Below, piece by piece: positions 47,141 through 57,680 of a stretch of 64,000 nucleotides of DNA. Positions within the stretch are counted from its first letter, which is position 1. The number at the start of each line of letters is the position of its first letter. The position numbers were made by a program, and so were the translations under genes. Location: contig JANNWY010000033.1 in the NCBI GenBank assembly GCA_031409335.1, positions 8,509-72,508 of the forward strand, read 5' to 3'. The notes below the pieces were generated by a model. That model was given only the letters and a program-made list of their open reading frames with translations. It made no database searches and was not told the DNA's origin. The DNA is from Chthoniobacteraceae bacterium. GTDB taxonomy: Bacteria; Verrucomicrobiota; Verrucomicrobiia; Chthoniobacterales; Chthoniobacteraceae.

Positions 47141-48208
47141 ATGAATTTCTCCCGACCTGCGGCAGTCTGCGTCCTCGCCCTTGCCACGTTTTCGTTTTTC
47201 GCAAACGCTCAGGATTCCACACCGTCCACAGCGGTGAAAAGCGGCAGCGTGTTCACGGCTCACGACACGTTCGATTGCGGAGTCGAATCCAGCGCCGACG
47301 CCAGCGCCTGCCTGGATGGGCTGAAGTGGAAGTGCGCGTCATTCAAAGTTCACTGCGAGCCCGCGACCGGCGGTTTTGGAGATTGGCTGATGCGCTTTCC
47401 ATCGCCCCTGCCAAGTGGCGATCCCGCGAACGATGTCGTGGCGATGGAATGGCACATGGCTCGCGATCCTGCCGGCGCGCCCACCCGCGCGCCAGCGGTG
47501 GTCATCGTCCATGAGAGCGGCCGTGGCATGGTCGCGGGACGCATCTTTGCCAGGGGCCTGCAAACCCACGGATTCCACACATTTCTGATCCATCTCCCGG
47601 GATACGGTGCCCGCACATCGGCGTTCACCAGCGACATCCGGCAGATGCTCCCCGGCCTCAAACAAGCGATCGGCGATGTGCGCCGCGCGCGCGATGCCGT
47701 CGCCTCGCTTCCGCAGATCGACAGCGCGCACATTTCCCTCCAAGGGACCAGCCTCGGCGGATTCGTCACCGCAACGGTCGCCGGTCTCGATGGCCGATAC
47801 GACAAATCCTTCATCCTGCTCGCCGGCGGAAATCTTGCCGACGTGCTGCTCAAAGGAGAGCGGGACGCCGCCGCCATGCGTCAGCAGTTGACCGCCGCTG
47901 GCATCACCGAGGCGCAGATTCGGGAGCTTTCAAAAGCGGTGGAACCCATGCGGCTCGCGCACCGCGTCGCGCCTGGGCGGACGTGGCTTTTCAGCGGAAA
48001 AATGGATGAAGTCGTGCCGCCATCCTGCTCGCTCGCCTTTGCCAAAGCAGCCAAGCTCGACGCGGAGCACCACATCGTTTTGCCCGTGGGCCACTACACC
48101 GCCGCGCTCCTGCTACCTGCGATTTTAACAACCATCAGCGACCTGCTCCACGACCGCCCCCGGAGCGTGCAGCTCCCTTCGGAAACCGGCGCGCCTGGCG
48201 ATCCCTAG
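47141..48208 (+). CDS. Secreted alpha/beta hydrolase
   Basis: Signal peptide; GTSLGG, DEVVP, GHY triad. Confidence 0.85.
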   Translation: MNFSRPAAVCVLALATFSFFANAQDSTPSTAVKSGSVFTAHDTFDCGVESSADASACLDGLKWKCASFKVHCEPATGGFGDWLMRFPSPLPSGDPANDVVAMEWHMARDPAGAPTRAPAVVIVHESGRGMVAGRIFARGLQTHGFHTFLIHLPGYGARTSAFTSDIRQMLPGLKQAIGDVRRARDAVASLPQIDSAHISLQGTSLGGFVTATVAGLDGRYDKSFILLAGGNLADVLLKGERDAAAMRQQLTAAGITEAQIRELSKAVEPMRLAHRVAPGRTWLFSGKMDEVVPPSCSLAFAKAAKLDAEHHIVLPVGHYTAALLLPAILTTISDLLHDRPRSVQLPSETGAPGDP

Positions 48209-48213
48209 CCGGA

Positions 48214-49272
48214 TCACACGCCGAGTCTTTCGCGCTGCCACGGCATCATGCGCGCGTAGGTTTCGTCGAAATTATTCGCGAGATTTTCCAGCATGGATTT
48301 CGGAGCGATCAGCGACGGATCCAGTTTCAACTCGGCGGCCACGGTGTCGCGTTTCTTTTTCAGGGCGTGGAAGCGCGCCTCCTCATCGCGGCTCGAGCGC
48401 ACGCGCGGCTTGCGGATGATCTGCGGCCATTCGCTCTCGGAAAGCGCCATCGCCTGCTCGGCGGCGAGAAAAAACCGCCGTCTCCTGCCGCCCTGCAAGT
48501 GAGAGAAATCGACCTCGGCACCCTGGTCGAAACGCGCCGCCGCCGTGACGAGTTGCTCGTTGTGCAGGATGTGAAAAGTCGGCTTGTCCACCCGCGCCGC
48601 CTCGTCGTCGCGCCACTGCCACAGCGCCCGCAGCAGCGCGGATGCACGCCCGCGCAGCTCGTTGCTCCCGGTGATCCGCCACGCTTGCTCGAGATCGCGT
48701 TCCTTGACGATCGCCGACGCGGCGATCGCTCGCTCGCAGGACTGCTCGAACCATTCCCACCGGTCGAGCCGCCGCAATTCCGCCTCGATAATATCCGCGA
48801 TGCGATGCAGGTAGCGCGTGTCGTTCACCGCGTAATCCGCCATCTGCGGTGAAAGCGGCCGCCGCGCCCAGTTCGCTTTCTGCGACGCCTTGGTCACCTG
48901 CACGTCGAAGTATTTGTTGATGAGCGCGGCGAGGCTGAACTCAGGGATTCCACAAAGCCGCGCACCGATCATCGTATCGAACACTCGCGTCGGTCCCGCG
49001 TAGCCGACGCGCCGCATCAGCCGCAAATCGTAGTCCGCTCCGTGAAGGATTATTTCCTTGCCGTCGCACGCGTCGAAAAAAGGCTGAAGCGGGAAGCCGG
49101 CCAGTGGGTCGATCAGGCAGTCGTAGCCTGGGATGCTGACCTGAATCAGGCAGAGTTTTTCAAAATAGCAGTGCAGCGAATCGGCCTCGGTATCGACCGC
49201 GATCCGCGCGTGCGGGACGAGATGCGGCAGCGCGCTCGACAGTCCTTCCGCAGTATCAAGAAATGGAGCCAT
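48214..49272 (-). CDS. rnd: Ribonuclease D (3'-5' exonuclease + HRDC)
   Basis: AVDTEADS, LCLIQ, HGADYD, FDTM, W..RPL, YA.ND, WRD..A...D.P. Confidence 0.9.
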   Translation of the reverse strand: MAPFLDTAEGLSSALPHLVPHARIAVDTEADSLHCYFEKLCLIQVSIPGYDCLIDPLAGFPLQPFFDACDGKEIILHGADYDLRLMRRVGYAGPTRVFDTMIGARLCGIPEFSLAALINKYFDVQVTKASQKANWARRPLSPQMADYAVNDTRYLHRIADIIEAELRRLDRWEWFEQSCERAIAASAIVKERDLEQAWRITGSNELRGRASALLRALWQWRDDEAARVDKPTFHILHNEQLVTAAARFDQGAEVDFSHLQGGRRRRFFLAAEQAMALSESEWPQIIRKPRVRSSRDEEARFHALKKKRDTVAAELKLDPSLIAPKSMLENLANNFDETYARMMPWQRERLGV

Positions 49273-49334
49273 CTAGCGAACAGCGCGCGTGATCGCGCGG
49301 GCGATGCAATGGGAAAAATGCGGGCGAAAATTCA

Positions 49335-50666
49335 TCAGCCGCGCAGGCCGGAGAGTAGCAACTCGGCATTGGATTTCGTGTTCTTCAAAGCGTGTATCAA
49401 GATCTCCGTGGCCTCGGCGGGAGGCAGTGCGGTGAGTTGTTTGCGGAGGACGTTCACCCGCTCGAATTCCTGCGGATGGTAAAGCAGATCGTCGCGCCGG
49501 GTGGCGGAGAGCAGGATATTGATTGCCGGATAAATCCGCTGGTCGCTGAGGTTGCGATCGAGCCGCAGCTCCATGTTCCCCTTCCCCTTGAATTCCTCGA
49601 AAATCACGTCGTCCATGCGGCTGTTCGTTTCGACCAGGCAACTTGCGAGGATCGTCAGCGAACCGCCTTCTTCCGTATTGCGCGCGGCGCTGAAAAACTT
49701 GTTCGGCTTCACGAGCGCCTTGGTATCCACACCGCCGGACATGATGCGACCTTTGCTGGGTTGAAGGTTGTTGTAACCGCGCGAAAGCCGCGTGATGGAA
49801 TCGAGCAGGATCACCACATGTTTGCGGCACTCGACCAGTCGCTTGGCGCGATCTGAAACGATCTCCGCGACTTGCACGTGACGCTGCGGATTCTCATCGA
49901 AAGTGGAGCTGTAAATCTCGCAGTTCTTCAGGGAGCGTTTGAAGTCGGTCACTTCCTCCGGTCGCTCATCGACCAGCAGCAAGATCACTTTTGTCTCCGG
50001 TGAATTCTGAATGATCGACTGGGCGATGTCCTTCAAGAGCACGGTCTTGCCCGTCCGCGGCGGCGCGACGATCAGGCCACGCTGCCCGCGTCCGAGCGGG
50101 GCGATCAAGTCGATCGCGCGACCGCTGATCGAATGGCTTTTCACATTCTCAAGGACGATGCGGTGATCCGGGAACAGCGCGGTGAGGTTGTCGAACGGCT
50201 TCGTCTCGCGCCACTCGCTGACCGGCACATCTTCGATCGTGAGGATCTCCTCGACCGCGACATACCGCTCGCGGTCGCGCGGCATCCGGATTCGCGCCGT
50301 GAGCCGATTTCCGTTCCGCAGGAAATGGTTGCGCTCAAAGTTCGGCGACAGGAAAACATCCTGCGGCAATGCGCGGAAATTGTATCGCGGCCAGCGCAGA
50401 AATCCCCCGCCCTGCGGCGTCATCTCCACGATGCCATCCGCAAACAACACACAGCCGCGGCTGGCATACACGCGGAGGATGTCGAACACCAAATGGTGCC
50501 GCGATTTTTCGGCATTCCACCGCACGCCCACGCCGTCGGCGCGGTGCATCAATTCCTGAATGGTCTCGGCGTGAAGTTCCTCGATCCAAAGTTCCCGCGG
50601 CACAGCCACCGGCGCGGGCAGGACTGCGCCCGCTGTCGGAGTGGTCTCTTCAATTTCGTTATCCAT
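49335..50666 (-). CDS. rho: Transcription termination factor Rho
   Basis: PLGRGQRGLIVAPPRTGKT, DERPEEVTD, LDSITRL, IFEEFKG.GNME. Confidence 0.96.
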   Translation of the reverse strand: MDNEIEETTPTAGAVLPAPVAVPRELWIEELHAETIQELMHRADGVGVRWNAEKSRHHLVFDILRVYASRGCVLFADGIVEMTPQGGGFLRWPRYNFRALPQDVFLSPNFERNHFLRNGNRLTARIRMPRDRERYVAVEEILTIEDVPVSEWRETKPFDNLTALFPDHRIVLENVKSHSISGRAIDLIAPLGRGQRGLIVAPPRTGKTVLLKDIAQSIIQNSPETKVILLLVDERPEEVTDFKRSLKNCEIYSSTFDENPQRHVQVAEIVSDRAKRLVECRKHVVILLDSITRLSRGYNNLQPSKGRIMSGGVDTKALVKPNKFFSAARNTEEGGSLTILASCLVETNSRMDDVIFEEFKGKGNMELRLDRNLSDQRIYPAINILLSATRRDDLLYHPQEFERVNVLRKQLTALPPAEATEILIHALKNTKSNAELLLSGLRG

Positions 50667-51261
50667 ATCTATGTCGGAGCCAGATGGCTAAAAGTGCGGC
50701 CTGCCGTTCAAGGGTGGCCTGGGTGGAATCGTTCCAAATCAAATGAGTTGCGCGGGATGTTTTTTCCCGAAGATCAAGCTGCGCCGCCACCATGCGGACG
50801 GCAATATCATAGCCTAATCCGCGAGCCATGCGCAGGCGCTGGCTTTGTGTCGGCGGAGAGCAGGCGACAACGATCACGCGGTCGAAATGCTCCTCAACCC
50901 CCGTTTCATACAGCAGTGGAATGTCGAAGCAAAGCCAGTTTTTGCGGGATTTTGCGGTGGCGGCGAGAGGAATCCAGCGTTCATGAATCCGCGGATGCAA
51001 AATTGCCTCAAGTGCTTCACGAGCTTGATCATCGTTAAAAACAAGTTTCCTCAGCGCAGCGCGATCTGGCTTTCCATCTTCATGGAAAACATCCGGCCCA
51101 AACCGCGCCCGCACTGCATCCTGAACCGACCGGTCGCCCGCGAGTAACTCGTGAGCACACTGGTCGGCATCAAAAACGTCGGCCGACAACTCGTGGACCA
51201 ATATGCGCGTGAACGTGGATTTCCCCGTGGCTATGCCGCCGGTGATACCGATCGCGGGCAC
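50659..51261 (-). CDS. coaE: Dephospho-CoA kinase
   Basis: IGITGGIATGKST, DAD, LEAILHP, DIPLLYE. Confidence 0.96.
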   Translation of the reverse strand: MPAIGITGGIATGKSTFTRILVHELSADVFDADQCAHELLAGDRSVQDAVRARFGPDVFHEDGKPDRAALRKLVFNDDQAREALEAILHPRIHERWIPLAATAKSRKNWLCFDIPLLYETGVEEHFDRVIVVACSPPTQSQRLRMARGLGYDIAVRMVAAQLDLREKTSRATHLIWNDSTQATLERQAALLAIWLRHRYG

Positions 51262-51267
51262 GCCCGG

Positions 51268-53889
51268 CTATTTCGACATCAGCGGAAGATCAAGCGGTGC
51301 CTGGGCCTCCGAGAGCGGAAGGGTTTCCACGATCTCCTCGGCCTCTTCATCCAACCGAACGGGCTCACCGGCTGGATTGATGAGACGGGCTGAGACGAAG
51401 ATCACGAGATGCCGCTTCAAATGCTGGTCCACATTTGAACGAAAGAGTCGCCCGATCAACGGGATGTCACCCAGCAACGGAGTCTTGTCTTCGATCTTCT
51501 GCACGTCTTCACGAATCAAACCGCCAATCAGGACGGTCTGCCCGTCGAAGATGCTGACTGCCGTGGTGACCTTGCGCGTGCTGAAGATTGGTTGATTGAT
51601 GACATTGGGCGTAATGACATTGGTCGTCGTGATGCCCAGCGCGTTCGTCGATGTCGTCTGAATCGGGCTGCCGTAATTGATGAATCCCTCAAACTCGACG
51701 ACTTGAGGAACCAGATTGAGTTCGATCGTGTAGCTGTCTGGTCCCACGACCGGCTCAACTTCCAATGTGACACCGGTATTGCGCGTCTCGAAGGTAGTCG
51801 GCGTCGTCGGGGTCACGGGGAATGAACCTTGGGAGTTTCCGCCTAACAGACCGCCCGTGCCGAGCGATGACGAGAAATTCCCTCCGACGTTTTGAGGAAT
51901 CTGTGGTGGATCGAATTCAACGGGATAGCGGAATTCACGGATGATCTCGATGATCGCCTTAACACCGCTTTTCGTCGTCACCTTCGGTGCGGACAAAAGA
52001 TCCACGCCCTTCTTTTGGTTCAGTGCGCGGATGACGACTTGAAAACTTGGATCCGTCAAGATCCCCGCGACTCCCGCGATTGCAGGCGCGAGTGCGGACG
52101 CTCCAGCGGTCCCAAACAGCAGGGAGTCGATCGCATTCGCGCTGATCGCGACGCCACCGCTGCGATTGCCTCCGGTCACAGGAAAGGTGGTGGCGCTCCC
52201 GTTATTGATCGGAAACGGAAAGTTGGCTTGATCGGCCTTCGGTGTGTTTCCTGACGTTCCACCACCGAAGAAGACACCGTCCTTCGATGTGATGTTGGCC
52301 TGCCCGAGCAGCCAGTCAAAACTGAGCTCCTTCTGGTTATTCTGCGTGATCTCAACGAACTTGGCTTCGATCTCCACTTGGGCGGCAACCGTGTCCCCGG
52401 CTTCGATCAACGTCTGAATCAAATCCAAGTTCTCCTGAGTATTCCGGACCACGAGACGGCTACTGGTCGGGAGAAAGGTCGCGGTGGCGTTAGCCGGGAA
52501 AGCGACGCCCGACGCGATCAGGAACTCCTTGGCATCCATCCGGCCAGCGATTCCGGCTCCGCCTCTGGTCGCATCCGCAGGAGTGGTCGGAGCGAGCCCG
52601 CCACCTGCGGCGTCGCCACCTCCGGAAGCAACGCGGGAAATGAATCCAGGGCGCACTTTGAATTCCTTGGTAACCAACACCGTAATATCCACTCCTTGAG
52701 GAACGATGGAGACCGCAAACGGCTCCACCTTGAACTTTAGGTTCGCGAGACTCGTGACATACTTGAGTGCCTCGATCAAAGGGATATTCGTCAATGAGAC
52801 GGTGATGCGCTGTCCGGCGAAACCTCCGCCGCCGCCGCCTCCTGCGGGAGCCGCAGCACCAGGCGCTTCAGGCAGACCGGGGATTCCAGCCGGCGCGGCC
52901 GGAGCTTCCGCAGGCGGCGCAAAGCCAGCTCCTCCACTGCTATCTTCCTTGAGAACGATGTTAACGCCCCGCTTGGTCGGATCGGTTTCCAACACGTCCA
53001 GCTCGATACTTTTCTTCTTCATGAAGTCAATCGCCTCACGAATCGTGGAGTCCTTCAAATCAAGTTTTGGGAAGACAATCCGGGCCAGCTTCGCGTTGAT
53101 CTTTGCCGTGCCAGAACTATCGCCGGCATTGTCGATCTTATCAGTGACTCCGAGTTGGTTGAATTTTCGGACGGGATTCGCCCACGCGTGATCCGTCTGC
53201 CAGATGGCGCGGGAGCGCGCTTCATCATTGGAAGCCAGAGCGAAGTTATCCTTCTGGAAGTTAATCTTCTCCTGCATCTTGCGCGCCGCGATGTTGTACT
53301 TGTCAAAATTCAAGATCTGCTCGGTGCGTTTGAAGGCCATATCATAACGCGCACTATCGTAAAAACCCTGCGCCTCAATGTGCAGCTTCTTGACCTCCTC
53401 GACGGTGCCGCGGAATTTTGGGCCGATCGTCCGGTTGTAATAGCCAGGCGTCTCCAAGCGCCGCAACAAGACCGCCGCGGCTTTGTAGCGGGAATTGTAT
53501 CTTTCCTCCAGCACTGTCTGGCAGAGCGCTTCGGCGTCGGCATAGCGGCCTTCCGTGATTCGCTGTTCGGCAAGTTTGATGCTCGCATTGCAGAAGCCAT
53601 CCAGCGCCTTGCCGTAGAGAATCTTGCTGTTGGGCGAATTCGGGACAACGTCCGCCGCCAGTTTGTATTGCTGAACCGCGGTCTCGTAGTCCTTGTCCCG
53701 GTAAGCACGCTGACCCGTCTCGATCGCCGATTCCCCGCGGACCATGTAATCGCTGCGACGCGCCAGCTCACGGGCGGCCGCCGATTCGGCAGAAGCGGCA
53801 AACGCCTGTTGCGGGATCGCCATTGTCGGGACCAAAACCGAAATGCTCAGGAGGGATGCGATGGTCTTTGCGAGTGGGGGCATTGTCAT
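51268..53889 (-). CDS. Secretin (Amuc_1098-like, PilQ/GspD family)
   Basis: QVEIEAKFVE, LSAPKVTT, GVTLEVEP, GGLI...KTPLLGDIPLIGRLFRS. Confidence 0.92.
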   Translation of the reverse strand: MTMPPLAKTIASLLSISVLVPTMAIPQQAFAASAESAAARELARRSDYMVRGESAIETGQRAYRDKDYETAVQQYKLAADVVPNSPNSKILYGKALDGFCNASIKLAEQRITEGRYADAEALCQTVLEERYNSRYKAAAVLLRRLETPGYYNRTIGPKFRGTVEEVKKLHIEAQGFYDSARYDMAFKRTEQILNFDKYNIAARKMQEKINFQKDNFALASNDEARSRAIWQTDHAWANPVRKFNQLGVTDKIDNAGDSSGTAKINAKLARIVFPKLDLKDSTIREAIDFMKKKSIELDVLETDPTKRGVNIVLKEDSSGGAGFAPPAEAPAAPAGIPGLPEAPGAAAPAGGGGGGGFAGQRITVSLTNIPLIEALKYVTSLANLKFKVEPFAVSIVPQGVDITVLVTKEFKVRPGFISRVASGGGDAAGGGLAPTTPADATRGGAGIAGRMDAKEFLIASGVAFPANATATFLPTSSRLVVRNTQENLDLIQTLIEAGDTVAAQVEIEAKFVEITQNNQKELSFDWLLGQANITSKDGVFFGGGTSGNTPKADQANFPFPINNGSATTFPVTGGNRSGGVAISANAIDSLLFGTAGASALAPAIAGVAGILTDPSFQVVIRALNQKKGVDLLSAPKVTTKSGVKAIIEIIREFRYPVEFDPPQIPQNVGGNFSSSLGTGGLLGGNSQGSFPVTPTTPTTFETRNTGVTLEVEPVVGPDSYTIELNLVPQVVEFEGFINYGSPIQTTSTNALGITTTNVITPNVINQPIFSTRKVTTAVSIFDGQTVLIGGLIREDVQKIEDKTPLLGDIPLIGRLFRSNVDQHLKRHLVIFVSARLINPAGEPVRLDEEAEEIVETLPLSEAQAPLDLPLMSK

Positions 53890-53979
53890 GGTTGTGAATC
53901 GGTTGGGCTGGTTAGGAATTGGTTGGGTTGGAAAGCGCGTGCGGATGACGAAAGTTGGACGTGAACAAGTGGCGGCAAA

Positions 53980-55011
53980 TCACTGTGATTTCTTCTGCAA
54001 CTCCAATGCCCTTTTAAGCAACGGAACATTGTAGGTCTTCTCCCCGCCGGGAAGTTGTATTACGGCTCCGTCGTCTTTGATGTCAACGAGTTTGTAGAGC
54101 TGTTGGACCTCGGGCTTGAGGGCAAATTGGCCGAGGCGTTTGGGCTCGATTTTTTCCGGTTTGGAATTGTCGGGCCAAAAGTAACGAAAACTAGCGTAGG
54201 AATCCGGCGAGTCGGTCTTCTTCCCCAATACCAGCACTACGACTTCGCCTGATTCGGTATTTCGGATGGAAAGTTCGGAAACATCCTCGTCCACCTCGTT
54301 CACCTTTTGTTTTTTCTCTTCGAATTTCTCCAATTTGAATTTTGAATTCTTCACCATCTGCCCAAGTTCGAGAAACTCGGTAGTAACTGCCCGGGAAATC
54401 GCGTTGATCGCAAAAGTCATTCCTTTCGGATTCTTCGGATCACCGTCGTGGGATTGAAAAGTCACCAGGAAGGGAATCTTGATCCAGCGTTCCAGGAAAA
54501 GTTTTGTGTAGTACGGTGAGTGCGAAGCTTTGTCCTTCGGATCGGTGGAATCTTCGCCGGTCTCCGCCAGATCGGGACCGATGTACTCTTCATAGTTCGT
54601 GAAGCCGTCTTTGTCGGGATCTTCGTCGAGAACTGCGGGCGAGAGATTGTCGAGCCCATGTAGAATCAGCCACGCTTTCGGAATTTTTCTGAGACCGCTA
54701 ACCAAATCCCCCACGTCGGCTTTCTTCAGCGCACCAGCCTCATCCACGATCAGATTGAGACTGACAAAAAGAGAACCCGCCTTGTCCTTTTGCGCCCATT
54801 GAGTTGGCTGTGCAAACCGCTTTTGCGCTGATTCTATCGGTGCCATTTCCAATGGCGGAACTTCCTTGGAATGAGGCGGCGTAGTCATCGCCGTGGAGAA
54901 CCCTTCCGCGAAACTTTGAGTGCGAAGGACAATCAACACGCTCAGGGCCACGAGAATGAACGCGAGTAACCCAAGGGCGAATTGATCGGTATGTTTTTTG
55001 ATCCAGTCCAT
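53980..55011 (-). CDS. Amuc_1099-like pilus-system protein
   Basis: MDWIKK + TM segment; DPDKDGFTNYEEY...TDP.D..SH; position in the locus. Confidence 0.75.
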   Translation of the reverse strand: MDWIKKHTDQFALGLLAFILVALSVLIVLRTQSFAEGFSTAMTTPPHSKEVPPLEMAPIESAQKRFAQPTQWAQKDKAGSLFVSLNLIVDEAGALKKADVGDLVSGLRKIPKAWLILHGLDNLSPAVLDEDPDKDGFTNYEEYIGPDLAETGEDSTDPKDKASHSPYYTKLFLERWIKIPFLVTFQSHDGDPKNPKGMTFAINAISRAVTTEFLELGQMVKNSKFKLEKFEEKKQKVNEVDEDVSELSIRNTESGEVVVLVLGKKTDSPDSYASFRYFWPDNSKPEKIEPKRLGQFALKPEVQQLYKLVDIKDDGAVIQLPGGEKTYNVPLLKRALELQKKSQ

Positions 55012-55014
55012 AGG

Positions 55015-55947
55015 CTATTTGGCAGCGACTTCGGCGAAATCAACGATCTCCAAAACTAACGAGACACTCACTTTCTCACCACCGAAAATCAACGGAACTT
55101 TTCCACCGCCTGGCTTATTTGGATCGTCCGCAGGCACCGGCGCTCCTGGCGCTCCTGGCGCGCCAGGCTGGACTCGCGGCGGCGCATCGACTTTTTCGTT
55201 CTTAACGATCACGAGCCTCGGCACGAAGAATTGCGACTTCTCCGCGGCTATGCCGTTGAGGAAAGTGCGGAAACGCGATTGTTCGGCAGTGAAGTCGATG
55301 TTGACGCCGTTGTAAGCGACGAGGCTCTTGGAGGACTTCTCAGCCTTCGCCGGCAAGGCTCCCGCTTTCGGAGGCACATCTTTCTCTTTCTTGTTTTTGC
55401 CTTCTTCCTCGGGCAATGCATGGCGGTCAAATTTGGTAATGGCGAGGATTCCATCGTCGATCATCTTCGTGAGCACGAATTCCAATGCTTTCAACTGGCG
55501 ACCGAGCGCGGGTGCGGCTTCCGCGAGCGGCGGCTCGGTTTGATATTTCTCCATGCCGAGGTAGAACGGCGCAGGCAAGCCAACAGCCGGAGATTTCTCA
55601 CCCGCCTTGGTCGTAATCCGCGTGACCGCCTCGCGCAGCCTGTCTTGAAACTGCTCGCGAGTGACCGGCTCCAGTGCAATCTGCGCCGCCGCCACATTCT
55701 TGTGAAATGCCTCCACTGCCGCTGCGTGCTGGACTTTTTGCGCTTCGATTTTCTTGAGGTTCTCAGTTTCGGGATACGGCTTGAGTCCCTCCAGTCGGTT
55801 GAGTTCGCCGACTTTCATGTCGTAATCCGCCCGCACTTCGCCATAGCGGCCCTGGGCTTTGAGCAGGAGAAAGCCAAGCGCGCCGACTCCGACAATCATG
55901 CAAGCGATGAACCCGCTCAGAAATTTGTTCTGTTTGATCCAGTTCAT
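55015..55947 (-). CDS. Amuc_1100-like pilus-system protein
   Basis: MNWIKQNKFL + TM segment, FYLG.E.Y...P, IFG.E; synteny. Confidence 0.78.
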   Translation of the reverse strand: MNWIKQNKFLSGFIACMIVGVGALGFLLLKAQGRYGEVRADYDMKVGELNRLEGLKPYPETENLKKIEAQKVQHAAAVEAFHKNVAAAQIALEPVTREQFQDRLREAVTRITTKAGEKSPAVGLPAPFYLGMEKYQTEPPLAEAAPALGRQLKALEFVLTKMIDDGILAITKFDRHALPEEEGKNKKEKDVPPKAGALPAKAEKSSKSLVAYNGVNIDFTAEQSRFRTFLNGIAAEKSQFFVPRLVIVKNEKVDAPPRVQPGAPGAPGAPVPADDPNKPGGGKVPLIFGGEKVSVSLVLEIVDFAEVAAK

Positions 55948-57659
55948 TTCGTCACAATCTTGGGAAGTTTAATCGGGTCCTTCAGGACAATCGGGACGCT
56001 GAACGGCCAGCCCCACGTCAACTGGTCGGGGACTGAGCGCTGCAATTCGTCCGCTTTGACTTCATACAGCGGGGATTCTGCGAGATTCTTGATGAACTCA
56101 TCCACCACGGCGGTATTCCTCGGGTTCTCCGCATAGAGACCCTGAATCATCAGCCGGACGGGCTCCGCCTTCGCCTTGCCTCCCTTTTCTGCTTTGGAAG
56201 GTGGTGCCGCCTCAGCGGTGTTCTCTTCGGGAGCGAAGTTGGTGATCCAGATGAATTCCGACGGAAGGCGGCTGTTCAAATCAGCGATCACCGTCGGCCA
56301 GTAGTCCCGCTCGCGCACCGCTTCGGCGAACGGTGCCGCAAACTCCTGCTGCCTGGCGATCTCACCCCGCGCCGCCTTCATCTTGCCTTCGATCACTTTC
56401 AAAGGCGCAGCCTTGTCCGCCACGGTCTTCGCCACCGATTCCGTGATGTCCGCCGCTTTCGTGAAATAGAGCCACCACGCGGCCAGCGCGAGCAGCCCAC
56501 AGACTCCCGCGAGAATGATGAACGGCCGCTGCTTGGCAAGCCGCTGCTGCTTCACGACGCTGGCCGGACGAAGATTCAACTCCATCGGGCAACTGCTGAT
56601 CCCGCGCAGCGCGAGACCGACGAGTTCCCCGAGCGTGTGGGCCTGGCGTCCCACTTCCTCCAAGTTCAGTTGCCCGCCTTCCACGGCGACGTTGCGGAGC
56701 GGGTTGAAGAACTCGACCGGGAGCTGGAATTTCTCGTGGAAAAATTCGCGCATGTAAGGAAGGCTCGAAGTCCCTCCGCAGAGGAACACTCGGGAGGGTG
56801 CCTTGCCCTGCTGCTGGGTCCGGTAAAAATTGATCGAACGCGTGATCTCGGAATGGAGGCGCGTCATGCTGTTGCGCACGATCTTTGAGACCCGCGCGAC
56901 TTCCGGATCATCGGGATCGGCATAGGACCCGCCGAGGCTCACAAATGCGTCGCGGCGCTTGCGTTCTTCGGCAGCGACAAAAGGCTCGCCAAATTCCTTG
57001 GCGATGGCCTGCGTGATGGTGTTACCACCCTGGTTCACGATGCTTCGGCTGAAGACCTTGTTCGGTTCGATGAAAATCAAGTTCGTCGTCCGCGCGCCGA
57101 TGTCGATGATCAGCGTGCATCCATCGAGATCGCTGTAGTTGTAGCGAAAGGCGTTGTAGAGCGCCATCGGCGCGACGTCGATCGTCGCGGCTTTCAACGC
57201 CGACCCCTCGACGGCATCGTTGATCTCATCCAGCAGATCCGCCTTGATCGCCACGATCACGACTTCGACCTGACTCGTCTCGCCGCTATCGACGAGCTGG
57301 TAATCCCAAACCACTTCGTGAATCGGATACGGCACGTTTTGCTGCGCCTCAAACGTGACGATTTGATCGACTTGCTCTTCGCCAACGGAAGGCAACTTGA
57401 CGAAGCGCGCGAAGATCGCCTGCGAGGAAATCGCGTAATTGACCTTCTGCCCTTTGTAGCCCAAGCCGGAAACCAATTCCGCGAGCGTCAGCTTGATCTG
57501 CGCCAGTCGCGTGGCATCCGGCAGGGCCGGGTCCGCGAGGAGTTCACTGGTCTTGAAGTTCGTGAGGACGAGTCCTCCACTTTGTCCGGTCTTGAAATCG
57601 GCGACCGCGACGGTCTGGGTGCCGAGGTTGAGACTGAGGATGCGATTCGGGGCAGCCAT
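55944..57659 (-). CDS. pilM: PilM-like actin-fold protein fused to a PilN-like region (Amuc_1101-like)
   Basis: EAQQNVPYP..EVVWDYQ, IDIGARTTNL, LCGG, NL.P + TM segment. Confidence 0.88.
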   Translation of the reverse strand: MAAPNRILSLNLGTQTVAVADFKTGQSGGLVLTNFKTSELLADPALPDATRLAQIKLTLAELVSGLGYKGQKVNYAISSQAIFARFVKLPSVGEEQVDQIVTFEAQQNVPYPIHEVVWDYQLVDSGETSQVEVVIVAIKADLLDEINDAVEGSALKAATIDVAPMALYNAFRYNYSDLDGCTLIIDIGARTTNLIFIEPNKVFSRSIVNQGGNTITQAIAKEFGEPFVAAEERKRRDAFVSLGGSYADPDDPEVARVSKIVRNSMTRLHSEITRSINFYRTQQQGKAPSRVFLCGGTSSLPYMREFFHEKFQLPVEFFNPLRNVAVEGGQLNLEEVGRQAHTLGELVGLALRGISSCPMELNLRPASVVKQQRLAKQRPFIILAGVCGLLALAAWWLYFTKAADITESVAKTVADKAAPLKVIEGKMKAARGEIARQQEFAAPFAEAVRERDYWPTVIADLNSRLPSEFIWITNFAPEENTAEAAPPSKAEKGGKAKAEPVRLMIQGLYAENPRNTAVVDEFIKNLAESPLYEVKADELQRSVPDQLTWGWPFSVPIVLKDPIKLPKIVTK

Positions 57660-57680
57660 GAAAAATCGTGTGCCGTGGCC

